Virus record (IMG/VR): IMGVR_UViG_3300009873_001322
Location: 3,716 to 67,715 of that record
Length of the DNA: 64,000 bases
From: a virus
Lineage: Duplodnaviria > Caudoviricetes
Strand: one strand, 5' to 3'
Positions 58,697-64,000 of the stretch are shown here, piece after piece. The translations under genes and the position numbers were made by a program. The notes under the pieces were generated by a model. The model worked only from the letters and a program-made list of their open reading frames with translations. It ran no database searches and was not told where the DNA came from. The stretch's first letter is position 1. Each line of letters starts with the position of its first letter.

Positions 58697-59458
58697 GTGA
58701 GCTCATGTGGCGTTTCTAATCAAGAACGGAGTTCACCCGTCATGACTAAGACAATCATATCAAAGCTACAAGCACAAGAGCAAGGACTAAAACGGTATTT
58801 TACCGGGAAGCCTTGCAAACACGGTCATATCTCAGAGCGTTACATTTATGGTTATTGTGTCGAGTGTGACAATGTACGCATTAAAAAAGAGCGCGAAATA
58901 AGGAACCATAGGCAACGTAAATACAGGGAAAAAGACAAAGATAGATATAAGGCATACAGAATTAAGCATAGGGAGAGCGGCTTAATAGCCACAAAAAGAT
59001 GGAGGGCAAATAATCTATTGGCAGTCAGGGAGAAAAAGAGGATATGGAGGGCTAATAATCCATCAGCGGTGAAGGAGCAAAAGAGAAGAGACTACGAAAA
59101 GAATAAGGATAAACGTATTTCCTCAGTAAATAAATGGGCGTCTAAAAATAAAGATAAATGCATTGGTTACAGAAGAAATACTAAGGCGAGGAGAAGAAAA
59201 GCGAGTGGTAAGCATACCCAAGATGATGTTTTGTTGATATTAAAGTTACAAAATAATAAATGCGTTTATTGCAGAAGAAAAATATCCTTTGACCCAAATG
59301 CCGAGGAATTAAAGGTTCATGTAGACCATATAATGCCTATAGCTCTTGGTGGTTCAAATAATAAAAGTAACTTGCAATGTTTATGCCCATCCTGTAATAT
59401 CTCAAAGAATGCGACTGACCCCATAATCTGGGCTCGACGCATGGGCAATCTATTGTAG
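58697..59458 (+). CDS. HNH endonuclease
   Basis: YFTGKPCKHGH, CVYC, VDHIMPIALGGSNNKSNLQCLCPSCN motifs. Confidence 0.9.
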   Translation: MSSCGVSNQERSSPVMTKTIISKLQAQEQGLKRYFTGKPCKHGHISERYIYGYCVECDNVRIKKEREIRNHRQRKYREKDKDRYKAYRIKHRESGLIATKRWRANNLLAVREKKRIWRANNPSAVKEQKRRDYEKNKDKRISSVNKWASKNKDKCIGYRRNTKARRRKASGKHTQDDVLLILKLQNNKCVYCRRKISFDPNAEELKVHVDHIMPIALGGSNNKSNLQCLCPSCNISKNATDPIIWARRMGNLL

Positions 59459-59468
59459 GAGAAGTGTT

Positions 59469-59705
59469 ATCGGATTCCTTAGCCCCCCCAAAATACCCGC
59501 GCCACCCCCCGTCCCCCCAGTTCCACCTGCTGCGCATCCAGCTACTGCTGCTGATCCAAAAGTAGCCGCTACTGGTGCGGCAGCCAGAGCTAAGGGTGGC
59601 GCTGCTGGTGCGAATGCATCGGGTACTAATCCTACCGGGCCACAGGGATTGCAACAGCCGATTTCCACGGCACCTGCAACATTGCTAGGGAGTACGAAGA
59701 AGTGA
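59469..59705 (+). CDS. Small Pro/Ala-rich virion protein preceding portal; apparent ATC start
   Basis: AGGAG 7 nt upstream of ATC; (I)GFLSPPKIPAPPPVPP...TLLGSTKK; no in-frame ATG/GTG/TTG upstream. Confidence 0.6.
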   Translation: MGFLSPPKIPAPPPVPPVPPAAHPATAADPKVAATGAAARAKGGAAGANASGTNPTGPQGLQQPISTAPATLLGSTKK

Positions 59706-59853
59706 CCGCCAGCCCTCCTAAAAAAGCCGATGGTAGCCATATCAGGAAACAGCGAGAGCAGATTAAGGGAAAGTCACGCCCAGTTTTAGAAAAACCAAAT
59801 TTAGCGAAGCCGGGGTTGAAGCGATCCTGATATCCTAAAGAAAGAACGATAAG

Positions 59854-61686
59854 ATGGCTAAAAAGGCCACAAAAGAACAGGAATCAACCGCCGTATATGA
59901 GCAGGCAAGCGCAACGCTGTTAAGCCGACAGCCATCAATGGCGAAGAAAGACCGATCAAAAACCGATCCGAAATGGAATACGCTTCGTGGGCATTTAGAA
60001 GCACGGCTTAATTCCCTCTACACATGGCGGCAAAGTTGGTGGACGCAGAACTGGTCTGACTTGACACAATTCTTGTTGCCGCGCCGTTCGATATGGCTAA
60101 CGCAAAGTGCTGGCGGCACACCGACCCCGAATAACATGACTCGCGGCAGGGAAATCAACCAAAGCATCGTTGATCCGACGGGAACATTCGCCGTCCGTGT
60201 ATGCGCCGCTGGGTTGATGTCTGGCCTTGCTTCCCCATCCCGCCCATGGTTTAAGATTACGCCAAAGATTAAGAATTTTGAGCCTGACGATGCCGGGAAA
60301 CTATGGATGGATGAGGTTGAGAATAGGATTTATACCGTTCTCGCTAGTTCAAATTTTTACAATTGCTTTGCGCAGGAATGCGAGGATCTGGTCGTGTTCG
60401 GGAGCGCCCCGACGATTATATACGAAGATGAGGCAGACCTTATTCGTCTTTATAATCCATGCATCGGAGAATATTTCTTTGCTTCCGGCGCTACTTTGCG
60501 CGTTGATGGATTGTATCGCCGCTTCCTGATGACTATCGCGCAGATCGTGGATTTCTTCGGACTCGATAATTGCCCGCCTGAAGTTCAAAAGTTATGGCAA
60601 GCGAAAGGTAGTTCTTTGCAAATAGAACGTATCATCGCTCATAGCATCGAGCCTAACTTCGGCATCGGCAAAGACAACGCGGGTAAGGTTCCAGGGAATT
60701 TTACCTGGCGAGAAGTTTATTGGGTGTATGGTGGCGCGAGCGATTATCCGCTTTCGATGCGCGGATTTATGGATCAGCCGTTCACGGCTTCAAGGTGGGC
60801 AACGCAGAGCAATGACGCCTATGGCCGTTCACCCGGAATGGATGTGCTCCCCGATGTGATGCAGCTTCAGGTGGAAACCATGCGTAAGGCCGAGGCGCTT
60901 GAGAAGCAGGTAAGGCCGCCGCTTCTGGCCGACTCCCAGCTTAAAAACCAGCCAGCTTCGACGCTGCCCGGCGAAGTAACGTATGTGCAGAATCTCAATG
61001 CCACAAGTGGGATGCGTTCGATTTACAATGTCAATCCCGATATACGCGGCATGATGGAGGATATTAAGGAAATTCAGCAGCGCATCAAAGTTGGCCTATT
61101 CAACGATTTGTTCAATATTTTCTCTGAAATACCGCAGGGGAAAATGACCGCTTATGAAACAGCTCAAAGAGTGCAGGAGCGGTTGCAGCTTGTCGGGCCA
61201 ATTGTGGACAATCTTCTCGGAGAGTCCCTGAAGCCCAAGCTGACATATATCTATAAAGTTCTCACGCGCCGCAACATGCTTCCACCGCCGCCTGATTCCA
61301 TGAAGGGCATACCGCTAGATTTGACGTTCGTATCGCTGCTGGCGCTGGCTCAGAAAGCTGCCTCTACCGGCGGTATCGAGCGCCTTGCTTCCTTCGTCGG
61401 CGGCCTGCAAGCCGTGGATCCAAACGCCATCGACAAGTTCAACGTCGATCAGGCTATCGATGAGATGAATATGCTTCTTGGCAACCCTCAGAAGATATTG
61501 AGGGACGACGAGGATGTGGCCAAAATCCGCGAACAGCGCGCTAAAATCCAGGAACAAGCCAATGCGTCTCAAATGGCAGCGCAGGATATGAACGCCATTA
61601 AGAGCGGTGCGCAAAGCGCAGAGGTATTGGCCAACACCACCGTTGGCTCCGGCAAGTCGGCGCTTGACCAGCTATTCGGGCTTTGA
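59854..61686 (+). CDS. Portal (head-tail connector) protein
   Basis: GLMSGLASPSRPWF, YGRSPGMDVLPD, MTAYE..QRVQE..LGP-like motif; 610 aa. Confidence 0.95.
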   Translation: MAKKATKEQESTAVYEQASATLLSRQPSMAKKDRSKTDPKWNTLRGHLEARLNSLYTWRQSWWTQNWSDLTQFLLPRRSIWLTQSAGGTPTPNNMTRGREINQSIVDPTGTFAVRVCAAGLMSGLASPSRPWFKITPKIKNFEPDDAGKLWMDEVENRIYTVLASSNFYNCFAQECEDLVVFGSAPTIIYEDEADLIRLYNPCIGEYFFASGATLRVDGLYRRFLMTIAQIVDFFGLDNCPPEVQKLWQAKGSSLQIERIIAHSIEPNFGIGKDNAGKVPGNFTWREVYWVYGGASDYPLSMRGFMDQPFTASRWATQSNDAYGRSPGMDVLPDVMQLQVETMRKAEALEKQVRPPLLADSQLKNQPASTLPGEVTYVQNLNATSGMRSIYNVNPDIRGMMEDIKEIQQRIKVGLFNDLFNIFSEIPQGKMTAYETAQRVQERLQLVGPIVDNLLGESLKPKLTYIYKVLTRRNMLPPPPDSMKGIPLDLTFVSLLALAQKAASTGGIERLASFVGGLQAVDPNAIDKFNVDQAIDEMNMLLGNPQKILRDDEDVAKIREQRAKIQEQANASQMAAQDMNAIKSGAQSAEVLANTTVGSGKSALDQLFGL

Positions 61687-61698
61687 TAAAGTGACAAG

Positions 61699-62934
61699 AT
61701 GGATTTGACTTCTGACGAAGCCGTAGAATTAGAAAACATCTACTCTGGCGGGTTGATGCGCAAGATAACGCCACCACATATTGAGCAGCAGTTTTTAGAA
61801 AGCGGTTATGTTCGTCGAGCTGTAGGCGGGTTGATGCCGACAAAGGCCGGGCATGAGGCGCTTATGAATTGGAAAAATAAGGGCGAGAAATGACACCAGA
61901 GCAATGCGCAAGGGAATGGTGGGATTTAACTCTATTTTGTAAAGATGAAAACAATCGAGAGAATGACCCAGAATCTATAAGATTAGATTTGCCGGTTAAA
62001 ACCAGATTAAAAAAAGATGCGAAAGATATTTACAAATCTAGGTCTTACGCGATTTCTCAGGCTCAAAATAAGTTTAATCCTCAACAGTGGGGAGAGTATA
62101 GCCTTCATCATTCGAGAATAAGCGATGAAATATATGGGAAATTAGTTAGGCCGCACGAAAAAGGTGGTACATTATGGCAGAAGATTAAATGCCGTCTTCC
62201 TATGAAGTATGTGCTTAAATTATCAAAAATTGGGTTATGAATGATAAAAAAAACCACGCCGCAACTTCTAAATGATTTCATTCAGGGATTGAATGAGATG
62301 ATCGGTGCGTCAGGGGTGATGATTCACCACCACCAAGATTTGCGCTGGCACATTATCCGGGAGAACCTTGAGTTTGTGAAAAACGCTGTTGTCCGGTTAG
62401 CGGTGAACCCTCTTACCGCTCCAAAAGTGACGAAGCACGAGAAGAAAGCACAGATATTATTGTCATGACCACCCCGCTTATCTTTAATGATGGATATATG
62501 AAGTGTCGCCTCGTGAGGAAAGACCGAGATTGGTATATTGGCGAGTGGAAATATGTAAATGACTTTGATGAAAATGGTAAACCGAACACTACTGGCTGCC
62601 TTACTGAGAAAGACACCAGTGCTAAAAATATATGGTTCCCTTGGATAGCTGGTACTGCGGAGTATCTTGGACTAACTATCCAAGAGAAAGAATGGGCAAA
62701 ATGAACGACATCACCGAAAAACAAACGATGGAATATTTTTTGCAGGGCGCAAAAAAAGCCAAGGCTGCTGCAAGAGAACTTGCGTCACAGAATCAGACGA
62801 ACGCATGGACTCGCGTTCGCAGCCAACTTGGGCAACTGGAGAAGCACGCGCAGAAACTCTTTACCGATAAGCCGCAGACGCGGTTGCAGACGTTGGATCT
62901 CGCTAATAAGATAGTCGGCGAGCAGGTGCATTAA
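61699..62934 (+). other. Five small coupled hypothetical ORFs (61699-61893, 61890-62240, 62241-62468, 62465-62704, 62701-62934)
   Basis: ATGA couplings after the portal gene. Confidence 0.55.
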
Positions 62935-63189
62935 TTACTTGTGGTAAAGCTCGACCCACTCTACCAGAAGCGTGCTCCCATCCCTCTCCATCGCCGCCTT
63001 GTATTCCGGCACAATCATCTCATGTGAAGTAAGGCGCACTACTTTCACCGTGGAAAGCATCGCCTCGATGGCATCGGTGTAATCGCCGATGTGTTGCGGG
63101 CCTGGGTCTAACGGGTTCGTTGTGGCAATAGACGTGCGGATGAGGACGCGCGGGCGGTAGTCGCTGAATAGGGGAATTTTGTCTAGGTG
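62935..63189 (-). pseudogene. 5'-truncated ThDP-dependent enzyme subunit (transketolase pyrimidine-binding / PDH E1-beta-like), 84 aa
   Basis: Hand translation HLDKIPLFSDYRPRVLIRTSIATTNPLDPGPQHIGDYTDAIEAMLSTVKVVRL...STLLVEW; in-frame TAA directly upstream, no start codon. Confidence 0.7.
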
Positions 63190-63229
63190 TTAGTTAATTT
63201 AACACTAGACTTCTCGTAACGTCCTCCAA

Positions 63230-63267
63230 TTTGACTCCTAGCGTCAGCCATAACACCAGGAGTCAAA
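63230..63267. terminator. 10-bp inverted repeat downstream of the DUF2334 gene
   Basis: TTTGACTCCT-N18-AGGAGTCAAA. Confidence 0.4.
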
Positions 63268-63282
63268 GAGAAATAGTATGGT

Positions 63283-64000
63283 TTATGGTTTGAGACTGTC
63301 GACGGTGACGAATGTGTAGCCTTGTTGCTTGAGTCCATCCACCACTTGAAGAAGCATATTTTGCCCTAAATAGGGATGGTAAAAGAAGCTAGCAAATCCG
63401 TCTCGAACCACAAGATTGGCTTGACCGGCAGCAAGCAAATCTGCCGGCAGCCGAGCCGGATGATTGTTAAACGGCTCAGGTTCGATATTCCCGAGGTTCT
63501 CTGGAATAATCAAACTGCCATATATATCCTTCACGGGATAAGGAAAAAATTGCCCAGCGAGCTGACTGTAATCGATGGGTTGATTACTTAGGTTACCTGG
63601 GAAATACAAACCGCGATCGTAGCGCATCCCGAACCGCTCTTGTACCGCCATGTAGTCTATTACCGAACCGGCATAGTGTGGAAATTCAAAGATTGTTGGA
63701 ACTTGTAGTCCGGCCGCTACAAATGCCGCTTCAGACAAAGCGATACGATTAGCTACCCATGCTTCGGAATCACCCGGAACCGGTCCGTCGTACCTAACGG
63801 TATTATTGGCATCTACGTGAGCGGTGTAAAATTCAAAATCTTCGGCGCTAACCCCATTGTAGGGATTTATTAAGTTTTCGAACTGATGGGTATAGCCGTG
63901 CATAAGCAACGTACCACCCATGGATTGCATAAATTGTAAAGCCTGAACAACATTGGGCCTGTCAGCAAGGCTATAAGCTTCAGGCACTCCATTGTTGTAT
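63283..64000 (-). CDS. DUF2334 / polysaccharide deacetylase-like protein, partial (5' end outside the window)
   Basis: LLMHGYTHQ, FEFPHYAGS, IPENLG, SFFYHPYL motifs; frame stays open past the window edge. Confidence 0.8.
   Translation of the reverse strand, partial: YNNGVPEAYSLADRPNVVQALQFMQSMGGTLLMHGYTHQFENLINPYNGVSAEDFEFYTAHVDANNTVRYDGPVPGDSEAWVANRIALSEAAFVAAGLQVPTIFEFPHYAGSVIDYMAVQERFGMRYDRGLYFPGNLSNQPIDYSQLAGQFFPYPVKDIYGSLIIPENLGNIEPEPFNNHPARLPADLLAAGQANLVVRDGFASFFYHPYLGQNMLLQVVDGLKQQGYTFVTVDSLKP

Larger units (their letters stand above)
1..63189. mobile_element. Podovirus-type phage/prophage genome (epsilon15/BPP-1-like virion module), circularly permuted within the portal-scaffold interval
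   Basis: Contiguous TerL, portal, scaffold, major capsid, tail tubular A/B, ejection proteins, fibres, lysis and replication genes; portal lies at the right end and scaffold at the left end. Confidence 0.95.

Noticed and set aside
42299-61686. Inteins or introns in helicase, primase, TerL or portal
   Set aside because: Lengths are typical, no C/S..HN splice motifs or LAGLIDADG seen, and HNH genes sit between rather than inside these genes
63181-63210. XerCD dif site or protelomerase site at the junction
   Set aside because: Only TGTTAAAT resembles the XerD arm, with no XerC arm; the palindrome is short and imperfect, and no protelomerase is present
914-63591. Numerous antisense or overlapping ORFs in the track (e.g. 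914-1267, 16616-17236, 26659-27312, 27658-28350, 51879-52481, 59450-59740)
   Set aside because: Shadows of well-supported genes on the opposite strand, with no motifs or RBS
1-64000. tRNA or rRNA genes; alternative genetic code
   Set aside because: No cloverleaf or T-loop signatures noticed; long ORFs translate cleanly with the standard code

Overview
Positions 1 to ~63189 are a nearly complete, circularly permuted podovirus-type phage or prophage genome with an epsilon15/BPP-1-like virion module and a probable alphaproteobacterial host (it carries a GapR homolog). The order is: a minus-strand heptose-sugar cassette, scaffold, major capsid, cement and staple proteins, tail adaptor and nozzle, three ejection proteins, tail fibres, lysis genes, a mostly minus-strand early/replication region (nested two-frame C5 methyltransferase, SF2 helicase, Sak4-like ATPase, primase), an AT-rich non-coding region, TerS/TerL and portal. 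No integrase, DNA polymerase or RNA polymerase is visible. The most notable feature is a soluble nucleotide-sugar and glycosylation system split over several loci among the head-assembly genes. It comprises GmhA, HddC, a GDP-heptose 4,6-dehydratase and a His-type PLP 3-dehydratase bracketed by twin RHH regulators; three tandem GT-A glycosyltransferases after the capsid genes; two Fcl-like SDRs between TerL and portal; and a truncated ThDP-enzyme subunit. Together these suggest phage-made (3,6-di)deoxy-heptose, possibly branched, used for virion or host-surface glycosylation. At ~63190 the ThDP gene is cut at a short palindrome, and a bacterial-type DUF2334 deacetylase gene follows. All family assignments come from motif recognition by eye; no database searches were run.
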